Shown here piece by piece: positions 16,594 to 24,541 of a stretch of DNA of 64,000 bases. Within the stretch, counting starts at the first letter, position 1. Each line of letters opens with the position of its first letter. The position numbers and the translations under genes are program-made. Source of the DNA: an uncultured Verrucomicrobiota bacterium (GTDB taxonomy: Bacteria > Verrucomicrobiota > Kiritimatiellia > CAIQIC01 > Lenti-01); contig CAYMTY010000007.1 in assembly GCA_964393515.1 (NCBI GenBank), forward strand, positions 15,710 to 79,709, in the 5' to 3' direction. The notes under the pieces were generated by a model that saw nothing but the letters and a program-made list of their open reading frames with translations, searched no databases and had not been told where the DNA came from.

Positions 16594-17541
16594 CTACCTC
16601 TTGGTGGCGGTGATCTGGCCGCTGAAGTTGCCCGGATCGACCAGGTCGGTGGAATAGCCGTCCACCCGCGCCGTGCAGGCGTCTGCCGTGAGTTCGCCCG
16701 ACACGATCAGGCGCGCGGCTGGGAACTTGGGCGAGGCCGGGACATCCTTCACCGCCGAGAACACCTGCCCGCCCAGGGTCGCCGTGAGGACTTCCGCTCC
16801 CCACAGACCGACGATTTCCACCTGGGTGCCGTCCACGTAGACGTTCACCGGGCCGCTGTCGCAGACCGTCAGGGTGTTCGAGGGCGACGTGGGCTCGAAG
16901 CAGATGTTGTAGTTGCCGCCGTAGTTGCCGTCGGGAGACGAGCCGCCCCCCCCGCCCCCGCCGCCTTCATTGTGGGACGCGATGGCCAGCGCGCCGCCGA
17001 CCGCCACGGCGCCGCCGACGATCACTGCCGCCGGCAGCAGGTACTTCGACTTGCCGCTTTTCGCCGCCGGGGCCGGGGCCGGCGCGGGCCGGGTCGCCGG
17101 GGCGGCCACGGCCTCCCGCTGCGCCTGCTGGGCCACCGCCGTCGCCGAGGGGATCGCCGCCGGCGCGACGCCGGATTCGGCCACCTTCACGGTCTGCCAA
17201 TCGGTCTCCTTGGCCTCGCCGTCGGCATTTTCGGCCTGGAGGTAGTAGAACAGCTGGCTGCCCGGGCCGATCATGTGGCCGGGGATCGTGGCGTACCACA
17301 CCCCCGCCCCGGTGCTCGCCATCGGCAGCCGGAACGGCGTCATGCCCCGCGACGCCGCGTAGAAGAGCGCAACCGTCTCCACCCGCGCGCCCGCGTCGCG
17401 CACCGTCGCCCGGATCCCCAGCGGCTGGCCCTTCTCCGCCACCGTGATCGGGTCGTGCACGATCACCGGCGCGCCGAACCCCGGCGCCGCCAGCAGGGCC
17501 AGCACCAGGCCGGCGGATATCGCTTTCCGTCTCAAATTCAT
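16594..17541 (-). CDS. Secreted hypothetical protein (Ig-like N-domain, Ala/Pro linker, Gly-rich hydrophobic segment)
   Basis: Signal peptide MNLRRKAISAGLVLALLAAPGFG; GC3-rich coding pattern; no recognised family. Confidence 0.7.
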   Translation of the reverse strand: MNLRRKAISAGLVLALLAAPGFGAPVIVHDPITVAEKGQPLGIRATVRDAGARVETVALFYAASRGMTPFRLPMASTGAGVWYATIPGHMIGPGSQLFYYLQAENADGEAKETDWQTVKVAESGVAPAAIPSATAVAQQAQREAVAAPATRPAPAPAPAAKSGKSKYLLPAAVIVGGAVAVGGALAIASHNEGGGGGGGGSSPDGNYGGNYNICFEPTSPSNTLTVCDSGPVNVYVDGTQVEIVGLWGAEVLTATLGGQVFSAVKDVPASPKFPAARLIVSGELTADACTARVDGYSTDLVDPGNFSGQITATKR

Positions 17542-17552
17542 GCGGTTCTCCG

Positions 17553-17688
17553 GTTTTTCCACGCTATGGTCCGGCAGCTGCCGGATTTTCCACGGGGTGG
17601 AAAACTACACCACTTTTTCCCGTACCATGGAGAGTATTTTCGCAGATTTTCCACGCCATGGAAAACTTTTTTCCACGGGGTGGAAAAC
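17553..17688. repeat. TTTTCCAC..TGGAAAA palindromic repeat cluster, copy 2
   Basis: TTTTTCCACGCTATGGTCCGGCAGCTGCCGGAT, TTTTCCACGGGGTGGAAAA (twice), TTTTCCACGCCATGGAAAA. Confidence 0.8.
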
Positions 17689-17694
17689 CGCCGC

Positions 17695-19131
17695 CTACCA
17701 CCCATAATGAACGCTGTAGGTCAGGACGGCCTCGCCGTCCGCCGGCACCGCCGCGCGGAACTCGGCCGTGTGCGCGTCGAACTTCGTAAACGGCAGGCTG
17801 CTGGCGGTGATCTTCCAGTTCGCGCAGCGGTAGAGCGGCTCGATCACGCGGATCTCGACGGCGTCCTTGTCCTTGCGGTTGCGCAGCTTGATCTCGACGG
17901 TTTCGTCCATTGTGTGGGCCGTGTTGTCCACCTTGAAATCCGTCCGCTTGCGCTCGCCGACGAGGTCGAAGGCGCTGCCCATGTCGAGCTTGAGCTTTTC
18001 GTTCTTGGGCAGGTGGTCGATTTCGTTTTCGCCGGTGAATTCGCGCCGGCCGTCCACCTCGTCCGTGCGGTACAACCGCATCTTGCCCTTGGGCAGCGGG
18101 ACGCCGAGGCGGTTGTCCTCGCTGTTCAGGATCTCGATCCGCACGCCGACCTTCTTGCTTTCCGTGGTGCCGTAGTCCGGATCCGTCTGAATGCCGCCAT
18201 GATATTGAAATCCGACGAGCGGATTGTAGACATAGTACCGGCTGCCCTTGACGCCCGTGGCGCGCAGGAATTCGACCTGCTTGAGCTCGTTGTTCCGCAC
18301 CCGGACCGGCCGCGGCAGCGTGTAAAGATGGAATTCGTCGAACGCGCGCTCCTCGGGCATGCTGGTATCAGGCGCAAATTCCATCGCTTTCATGGCATAA
18401 TGCCGCCCGCCGTATGCCATCGGTTTCTGCACCTTCTGGACATCGCCGGCGATGAGCTTGACCTCAGCATCCTGGAAGTCCTTGCCGGTGCTGTTCCGCA
18501 GCGAGATCCAACCCGAAATGTCGAATTCGTCCTGGCCCTCGGCCGGGGCGACGAGGTTGTAGGTGGCCTCCCAGGTCATGCCGGCGGTGAGGTAGGCCAC
18601 CTCCACGGGGCACTCCCCCGCCCGTTGCGCGGCAAGCTGCCACACCAACGCAGGCTTGAGAAACGCGTTCGGATCAATGCCCTCGAACACCGGCTGGCCC
18701 GGCAGCGAAAACCGCACCGCACCGCCTTCCTCGATGATGGGCTGCTCCGCGCCGCCGCCCGGGATGTAGCCGCTGCGGACCACCTTGCCGAGGTGCTCCT
18801 TGACGGTGCCGTCTTCGCGCTTTTCCTCGAAGCGGACTTCCTTGCCTTCCATCTGGTAGAGCAGCAAGCCCTCGGTCAGCGGGTCGTTGACGAAGCTCTG
18901 CTCGAGGATCCGCACGCCGAAGGGCTTTGGGGACAACTCGCGCAGCATGACCGAATCGGGTTCGAGCTGGCGCGACATGTCCGTTACGCGCACCTCGGAT
19001 ACGCCCTCCGCGAGCGTCAGCGCCCGGGTTTCCTTCACGGTGGCGAAACCGCCGTTGTAGATGGTGACCTGCGGGCCGGCAGCCAGCGCCGCCATCGGCA
19101 GCAGGCTGAAAAAGAACCCGATTTTGTTCAT
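17695..19131 (-). CDS. DUF4139/DUF4140-like secreted protein
   Basis: Signal peptide; VTIYNGGFATVKETR, VAYLTAGMTWEATY, HLYTLPRPV, LGVPLPKGKMRLY; AGGAG RBS. Confidence 0.8.
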   Translation of the reverse strand: MNKIGFFFSLLPMAALAAGPQVTIYNGGFATVKETRALTLAEGVSEVRVTDMSRQLEPDSVMLRELSPKPFGVRILEQSFVNDPLTEGLLLYQMEGKEVRFEEKREDGTVKEHLGKVVRSGYIPGGGAEQPIIEEGGAVRFSLPGQPVFEGIDPNAFLKPALVWQLAAQRAGECPVEVAYLTAGMTWEATYNLVAPAEGQDEFDISGWISLRNSTGKDFQDAEVKLIAGDVQKVQKPMAYGGRHYAMKAMEFAPDTSMPEERAFDEFHLYTLPRPVRVRNNELKQVEFLRATGVKGSRYYVYNPLVGFQYHGGIQTDPDYGTTESKKVGVRIEILNSEDNRLGVPLPKGKMRLYRTDEVDGRREFTGENEIDHLPKNEKLKLDMGSAFDLVGERKRTDFKVDNTAHTMDETVEIKLRNRKDKDAVEIRVIEPLYRCANWKITASSLPFTKFDAHTAEFRAAVPADGEAVLTYSVHYGW

Positions 19132-19288
19132 GGGGGTCTCCTGTTTATGATCATGAGTATTTATACCTTGCCGGCGAAGGAAGATTCAATCCCGGCGGTT
19201 TCGCTCGCTCGATCGGATTTCACGGTTTGTCGCGTTGTCCCAGCGGGGAACGCACGTGTCCCGCACGTTGTTTGCCCGGGCGCGGCAT

Positions 19289-19333
19289 TATGGTATTTAT
19301 AAATTCCATACTATGCTGTTTATAAATAGCATA
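19289..19333. promoter_or_regulatory. Tandem 22-bp palindromic operator-like sites
   Basis: TATGGTATTTATAAATTCCATA (19289-19310) and TATGCTGTTTATAAATAGCATA (19312-19333), an AT-rich patch in GC-rich DNA. Confidence 0.6.
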
Positions 19334-19449
19334 ATGGAGCGTGCGCGAGGTTTTGCGGTTGTGTTGCTTTGGCGTGCGTGGAGATAGAGCGCCGCAGGGG
19401 GGGGCGCCCGTTCCTGGTGGTCCGGGCCAGAGCGCCCGGACTCGCCCGG

Positions 19450-20508
19450 TTACGGATAAGCGCCGGGCTGGTCGAGGCCCAGGTTTTCGGGCAGGCCGCA
19501 AATGAGGTTCATGTTCTGCAACGCGTTGCCGGCTTGGCCTTTCATGAGGTTGTCGATGTGCGACACCACGCGCAGGCGGCGCGTGCGCTCGTCGACGTCC
19601 ACGATGAGGTTGCAGAAGTTGGAACCGCGCACGTGGGCGGTGCCAACGGTCGCTTTGCTGTCATAGAGCCGCACAAAGGGATTGCCCTTGTGGAACTCGG
19701 CGAAGGCCTCCCGGACCTGGGGCAGGCCGATGCCGTCGCGGAGCGTGCCGTAAAGGCAGCTCAGGATGCCGCGGCAGACGGGCACCACCTGCGCGGTGAA
19801 GGTCACCGGCACGGCCTGGCCCGCGAGGCCGCCGAGCAGGCGCTCGACCTCCATCACGTGCTGATGGCCGCTCAGGCGGTAGGCCTGCATGTTCTCGTAC
19901 CGCGCCGGATAGTGGTGGATCGGCGTGGCCTTCTTGCCGGCACCGGACACGCCCGTCTTGCAATCGCAGATGAGGCTCTTCAAGTCCACCAGCTTGGCGG
20001 CGACGACCGGCGCCAGCCCGAGTAGGCAGCTCATGGCGAAACAGCCCGGATTGCCGACCAACTTCTGGTCCTTGCCGTAGGCCTTGCGGTTCAGCTCGGG
20101 CAGGCCGTAGACGGTTTTCGGGAGCAGTTCCGGCGCCTTGTGCACCGGATCGCGCCCGATGCGCCGGGCGTATTCCGCGTAATCGTCCGTGTTGTTGAAG
20201 CGGAAGTCGCCGCTGTAGTCGATCACGCGCGCGCCCTTGGCCAGTTCGGCCGGGGCCTGCAGCATGCCGACGCCGTCGGGCGTGGAGAAGAACACCACGT
20301 CGGCCGGCGCCTGCGCGGCCGGATCGTCGGGCTTGAGGATCGGCAGGTCGCAGAAGCCCTTCAGGTGCGGATAGAGGTCGCTCATGGGCAGTCCCGTTTC
20401 CGTCGCCGCCACCAGCGTCTGGATCTGCGCCTCGGGATGCCGCAGCAGCAATTCCACGATCCCCACCCCGCCGTAGCCCCCGCACCCGACCACTTTGACC
20501 TTGATCAT
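19450..20508 (-). CDS. argC: N-acetyl-gamma-glutamyl-phosphate reductase
   Basis: GCGGYGG, DYSGDFR, YGLPE, NPGCF, GVSGAG, IDNLMKGQAGNALQNMN. Confidence 0.96.
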   Translation of the reverse strand: MIKVKVVGCGGYGGVGIVELLLRHPEAQIQTLVAATETGLPMSDLYPHLKGFCDLPILKPDDPAAQAPADVVFFSTPDGVGMLQAPAELAKGARVIDYSGDFRFNNTDDYAEYARRIGRDPVHKAPELLPKTVYGLPELNRKAYGKDQKLVGNPGCFAMSCLLGLAPVVAAKLVDLKSLICDCKTGVSGAGKKATPIHHYPARYENMQAYRLSGHQHVMEVERLLGGLAGQAVPVTFTAQVVPVCRGILSCLYGTLRDGIGLPQVREAFAEFHKGNPFVRLYDSKATVGTAHVRGSNFCNLIVDVDERTRRLRVVSHIDNLMKGQAGNALQNMNLICGLPENLGLDQPGAYP

Positions 20509-20550
20509 GATCTATTCTCCCTCTGTCTGTCCTGAATCCATGAAGATTTA

Positions 20551-20626
20551 ACCACGGATTTCACAGATCAGCACGGATAAAGACATCGGTTTGATTTGAT
20601 CCGTGGTCATCCGTGACATCCGTGGT
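20551..20626. repeat. Inverted array of ~9-bp (CACGGAT) repeats
   Basis: ACCACGGAT-TTCACAGAT-CAGCACGGAT ... ATCCGTGGTC-ATCCGTGAC-ATCCGTGGT. Confidence 0.75.
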
Positions 20627-20644
20627 GAAACACGTTTTCATCCC

Positions 20645-21712
20645 TCAAAACGGAACCCAGCTTTGGCCGGGCTTCAGCGCGGCGACCGCGTGGGCGATCA
20701 GCGCCGCCGTCCGGTCGAGGTCGTCGATGCTGACGATTTCGCCGGGGGTGTGCATGTAGCGCAGGGGAATGCTGACCAGGGCGGCGGCCACCCCGGCGCG
20801 CGAGACCTGGATGGGATCCGCGTCCGTGGGCGTCGCCCGGCCATCCGCCACGATCTGGACGGGGATCTTGTGCGCCCGGGCCGTTTTCACCAGGTGCTCG
20901 AAGAGCACGGGATTGATGTTGGCCCCGCGCGACAGCACCGGGCCGCCGCCGAGGACCACCTTGCCTTCGCGCTTCTCGGCCGCATCCATCATGGGGTGGT
21001 CCGTCGCATGGGTCACATCCACGGCGATGCCGGCCTCGGGGGCGATGCCGAAGGCGGAGGTGACCGCGCCCCGGCTGCCGATTTCCTCCTGGACGGTGCC
21101 GACGGCGTGCACCTCGGCCTGCGGCTTCAGTTCCGCCAGCAGGCGCGCGGCCTCCAGCACCACGAAGGCGCCGGCGCGGTCGTCGAAGGCCCGGCCCGCC
21201 AGGCGGTGGTTCGGCAGGGCGGTGACTCCCTGGTCGATCACCATCGGATCGCCCACGGCGACCAGGTTTTCGGCCTCCTTCTGGTCCTTCGCGCCGATAT
21301 CCACCCACAGGTCTGTCAGGGGGGTCACGCGGCCGCGGTCGTCGGGTTTCTGCACATGCACGGGCACTTTGCCGATGACGCCGGGCACCACGCCCTTGGC
21401 GGTGCGGATCGAGACCCGCTGGCCCTGCGGAATTTGCGCGTCCCAGCCGCCGATCGGCGAAATCCAGAGGTACCCCTTGGAATCGATGAGCGTCACGATG
21501 AAGCCGATCTCGTCGTAGTGCCCCGCCAGCATGACGCGCGGCGCGCCGCCGGGATGGATCACGACGTCTGTGTTGCCGTGCACGTCGGTGCGGACCTCGG
21601 CCGCGAAGGTCTCGGCCTCCTGCCGGAATAGGCGGGCGGCGTCCAGTTCGTAGCCCGATGGCGAGATGGCGGACATCAGCCGTTTCAGGAAATCCAGGCT
21701 CGTTTTCTTCAT
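20645..21712 (-). CDS. M42 family aminopeptidase
   Basis: SPSGYE, LAGHYDEIGF, IGGWD, RAFDDRAG, TVQEEIG, DVTHA, RYMHTP. Confidence 0.92.
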   Translation of the reverse strand: MKKTSLDFLKRLMSAISPSGYELDAARLFRQEAETFAAEVRTDVHGNTDVVIHPGGAPRVMLAGHYDEIGFIVTLIDSKGYLWISPIGGWDAQIPQGQRVSIRTAKGVVPGVIGKVPVHVQKPDDRGRVTPLTDLWVDIGAKDQKEAENLVAVGDPMVIDQGVTALPNHRLAGRAFDDRAGAFVVLEAARLLAELKPQAEVHAVGTVQEEIGSRGAVTSAFGIAPEAGIAVDVTHATDHPMMDAAEKREGKVVLGGGPVLSRGANINPVLFEHLVKTARAHKIPVQIVADGRATPTDADPIQVSRAGVAAALVSIPLRYMHTPGEIVSIDDLDRTAALIAHAVAALKPGQSWVPF

Positions 21713-21728
21713 GGGGTCTTTCTGGGCT

Positions 21729-23003
21729 TTATGGCGGCCGGGTGGCGAGGGTGGGATTGAGCAATTTCGAGGGCGGCGGAGCGATGGCCTGCAGGGGCCG
21801 CGGCGCGGGGGCGGGCATCGCCGGCGGCGGAACGCGTGCCGGGGCAGGCGCGGCCGCCACCGCGGCCGCCCGCGGGGCCGGCGCGAAAGCCGCCGGGGAA
21901 ACCGTCGGCACCGCGACGGCCGGAATCGCAGCCGGGGCCGGAACCGCAACCGCCGCTGAGGCGGCGGCCGGGGCTGGGCGCGGGATGACGGGCGCGCCGA
22001 TCTCCACCCGGGCCCGGTTCACCAGCGCGAAGTAGTTCAGGATGCCTTGGGCGATGCCGAGCGCCAACGTTTCCCGGTAGGACGGCGACGACAGCTTCTG
22101 CTCCTCCTGCGGATTCGTCAGAAAACCGCACTCGACCAGGGCGGCCGGCATCGCAGAGTCGCGCAGCACGGCGAACCGCGCGCGCTTCAGGCCCCGGTCC
22201 TGCGCCCGGGTGATCGCCACCATCGCGCGCTGGATCTGGCTCCCGAGCGCCGCGTTCGAATGGTTGAAGCGGTTGTTCGGCACCGCGGGATAGCGGCCGA
22301 CCAGCTTGGACACCGCGGTCGGCGGATAGTTCTCCGCCGCCGTCACGAAGGTCTCGATCCCCTGTACGGCGCGCGTGGCCGAGGCGTTCACATGGATGCT
22401 CACAAAGGCATCCCCCCCGCCCCGCGCGGCCAGGAACGGCCGGTCTTCCAACTCCCAGAACCGGTCGGTGTCGCGGGTCATGACGACGCGCACACCCGCC
22501 GCCGCCAGATGGGCTTTCGCCCGCAGGGCGATGTCCAGCACCAGGTCCTTTTCCTTGAGGCCGGACCGGCCGATCGCGCCGGGATCCTTGCCGCCGTGGC
22601 CGGCGTCCAGCACGACCGTGCGGGCGCCTCGCGCCCCGAGATAGGCCGAAGGCCGCACCAGCGGATCCACCCCGAACTGCGCGTCCGCGTCGCTGATGGA
22701 CCAGAGCCCGCGCACCTTGGTCACGGGGGCGTGCAGCCAGACCTGGCTGCCGTTGACGACCGCCTGGCGGCTGTCGGTGGTGAACTGCAGGCTGGTGTAC
22801 TGGCCGCGGATCAGGAGCGTCTTGCCGCCGGGAACCGTCAGGGGCAGGCCGTACATCGCGGCCAGGTCCTTGAGCGCCACGTAGCGCTTGCCCGCCAGCG
22901 CGACGGCCTTGAGGGTGCGCACCTGCCCCGCCACCGGGGACGGCAACCCCAGTCCGAGCCCCAGCCCGAGACAGAGCAGCCCGATGGTACGCAATGCATG
23001 CAT
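21729..23003 (-). CDS. N-acetylmuramoyl-L-alanine amidase (Amidase_3) with Pro/Ala-rich tail
   Basis: VVLDAGHGGKDPGA, EKDLVL, FVSIHVNA, PAALVECGFLTN. Start 23003 chosen because the upstream ATGs overlap the -10 box. Confidence 0.9.
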   Translation of the reverse strand: MHALRTIGLLCLGLGLGLGLPSPVAGQVRTLKAVALAGKRYVALKDLAAMYGLPLTVPGGKTLLIRGQYTSLQFTTDSRQAVVNGSQVWLHAPVTKVRGLWSISDADAQFGVDPLVRPSAYLGARGARTVVLDAGHGGKDPGAIGRSGLKEKDLVLDIALRAKAHLAAAGVRVVMTRDTDRFWELEDRPFLAARGGGDAFVSIHVNASATRAVQGIETFVTAAENYPPTAVSKLVGRYPAVPNNRFNHSNAALGSQIQRAMVAITRAQDRGLKRARFAVLRDSAMPAALVECGFLTNPQEEQKLSSPSYRETLALGIAQGILNYFALVNRARVEIGAPVIPRPAPAAASAAVAVPAPAAIPAVAVPTVSPAAFAPAPRAAAVAAAPAPARVPPPAMPAPAPRPLQAIAPPPSKLLNPTLATRPP

Positions 23004-23016
23004 ATAATGGGGGCGC

Positions 23017-23045
23017 ATCATAGGGCAGCGGAAGGGGAAAGGCAA
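23017..23045 (-). promoter_or_regulatory. Sigma-70-type promoter of the amidase gene
   Basis: TTGCCT-N17-TATGAT on the minus strand. Confidence 0.55.
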
Positions 23046-23082
23046 CTGTTCCATCGGCCGGCGCGCCTGCCCCTGCATTTGC

Positions 23083-23111
23083 TTGCACCGCCCGCCCGGG
23101 CGGCCTATCCT
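23083..23111 (+). promoter_or_regulatory. Sigma-70-type promoter, probably leaderless
   Basis: TTGCAC-N17-TATCCT; ATG 23119 follows 7 nt later with no SD sequence. Confidence 0.5.
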
Positions 23112-23118
23112 GCCCGCT

Positions 23119-23682
23119 ATGAAACCGATCATGCATAGCGCGCTGTCCGCCCTGGTCCTCGGCCTGGCGGGTGCCGGCTGTATTTCCACCCAGGATCCAG
23201 ACAATCCCCCGGCCACCCAGGAGGACATCACCTACCTGCGCGAGGAAATCCGCCGCCTGAATTCCCGGATCGAAGCCTCCGCCGCCGAACTCGGCCGCGT
23301 GCAGGGCGACGTCATGTCCAGCCGTGCCAGCCAACCGGACTACGCCTCCGCCGCCCAAGTGCAGTCGCTCCAGACCCAGCTCGATGGCTTGCAGGGCCAG
23401 ATCCGCACCCTGGACGCCGCCCGCGCGCAGGATAAGAAGGAAATCTACGACGACATCTCCAAGAAGATCGCCACCCTGCTCAAGCCGGCGGCGTCCGCGA
23501 GCACCCGCGCCCCCAAGCGGACCGGCAGCGAAACCGGCTATGAGCACGTCGTCCAGTCCGGCGAATCCCTCTCCAAGATCGCGGCCGCCTACGGCGTCAA
23601 GATGTCCGCCATCGTCGAGGCCAACGGCCTTGACAGCCCCGACAACATCCGCGTCGGCCAGAAGCTGTTCATCCCCGACTGA
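23119..23682 (+). CDS. Coiled-coil LysM lipoprotein
   Basis: Lipobox LAGAGC; coiled coil; C-terminal HVVQSGESLSKIAAAYGV...IRVGQKLFIP. Confidence 0.88.
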   Translation: MKPIMHSALSALVLGLAGAGCISTQDPDNPPATQEDITYLREEIRRLNSRIEASAAELGRVQGDVMSSRASQPDYASAAQVQSLQTQLDGLQGQIRTLDAARAQDKKEIYDDISKKIATLLKPAASASTRAPKRTGSETGYEHVVQSGESLSKIAAAYGVKMSAIVEANGLDSPDNIRVGQKLFIPD

Positions 23683-23683
23683 T

Positions 23684-23781
23684 TTGTTGATCGTTCCTTG
23701 TTGATCGTTGAGCGATTCGTGCAGCGCGCGCCAAACGGCCGCTGACCTGCACGACCAACGGGCGGCAATCAACGACCAACG
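23684..23781. repeat. Imperfect inverted repeat with TTGATCG/CAACGAC units
   Basis: TTGTTGATCGTT..TTGTTGATCGTTG ... CGTGCAG..CTGCACG ... AATCAACGACCAACG. Confidence 0.6.
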
Positions 23782-23790
23782 TGTGCGATC

Positions 23791-24516
23791 ATGTGTTGCC
23801 GCTATGTCATTCCGGACGAGGCCGCGGTGGAGCGGCTGTGCGCGGCGGAATTCCGGCGCGGATTCAGCTGGATCCAGCCGCTGTTCAACGTCGCGCCGAC
23901 CACGCAGGTGCCGGTCATCGTCAAGGCCCGCGCCGGCGCGCGGGAAATCCAGGGCATGCGCTGGGGCCTGATCCCCGCCTGGTGGAAGCAGACCGCGCCC
24001 CCCGCCCTGACGTTCAACGCGCGGACCGAGGAAATCGAACAGAAGCCGGTCTGGCGGGAAAGCTTCCGCCGCAAGCGCGGCCTCATGCCGGCCCGCGGGT
24101 GGTATGAGTGGAACGAAAGCCAGCCCGCCCGCTCGCCCGCCGGCCGCAAGGTGCATCAGCCCTATTTCATTTCCTGTCCCGGGGCCGAGGCGCTGGCGTT
24201 CGCCGCCCTGTGGTCCGTCTGGGAACCGGCCGGGGGCGCCCCCGTCGCGTCCTGCGCGCTGCTGACCAAGCCCGCCGCACCGGCCGTCGCCTTCGTCCAC
24301 CCCCGCATGCCCGTGGTCCTCAAACCCGAATATTTCGAGGCCTGGCTGGATTCCGCCGCGCCGGAGCACAAGCTCGACGCGGCCATCGCCGACGCCCGGA
24401 CGGACCTGGCGGCCTACCCTGTCAGCACCCGCGTCAACGATGTCCGCAACAACGGTCCCGAACTGCTGGACCGCATCCCGCTCGAAACCACCGGCACGCT
24501 GGATCTCGGCGGTTGA
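23791..24516 (+). CDS. SOS response-associated peptidase (SRAP/YedK/HMCES)
   Basis: N-terminal MCCRY (Cys2), FNVAPT, MRWGLIP, FNARTE, WYEW, HPRMP, VSTRVN. Confidence 0.9.
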   Translation: MCCRYVIPDEAAVERLCAAEFRRGFSWIQPLFNVAPTTQVPVIVKARAGAREIQGMRWGLIPAWWKQTAPPALTFNARTEEIEQKPVWRESFRRKRGLMPARGWYEWNESQPARSPAGRKVHQPYFISCPGAEALAFAALWSVWEPAGGAPVASCALLTKPAAPAVAFVHPRMPVVLKPEYFEAWLDSAAPEHKLDAAIADARTDLAAYPVSTRVNDVRNNGPELLDRIPLETTGTLDLGG

Positions 24517-24541
24517 AGGGTTCCGGGGGCGAGTCCGCCCG

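Noticed and set aside
16522-19302. 926-aa minus-strand ORF and other long track ORFs (2352-4334, 13627-15759, 21709-24369, 56789-58675)
   Set aside because: They overlap well-supported genes in another frame or strand and have the Arg/Gly/Ala-rich composition typical of high-GC shadow ORFs.
19289-19333. ARG boxes regulating argC
   Set aside because: The sites are downstream of argC (which is on the minus strand, starting at 20508) and do not match the TGAAT/TGCAT-type ARG consensus.
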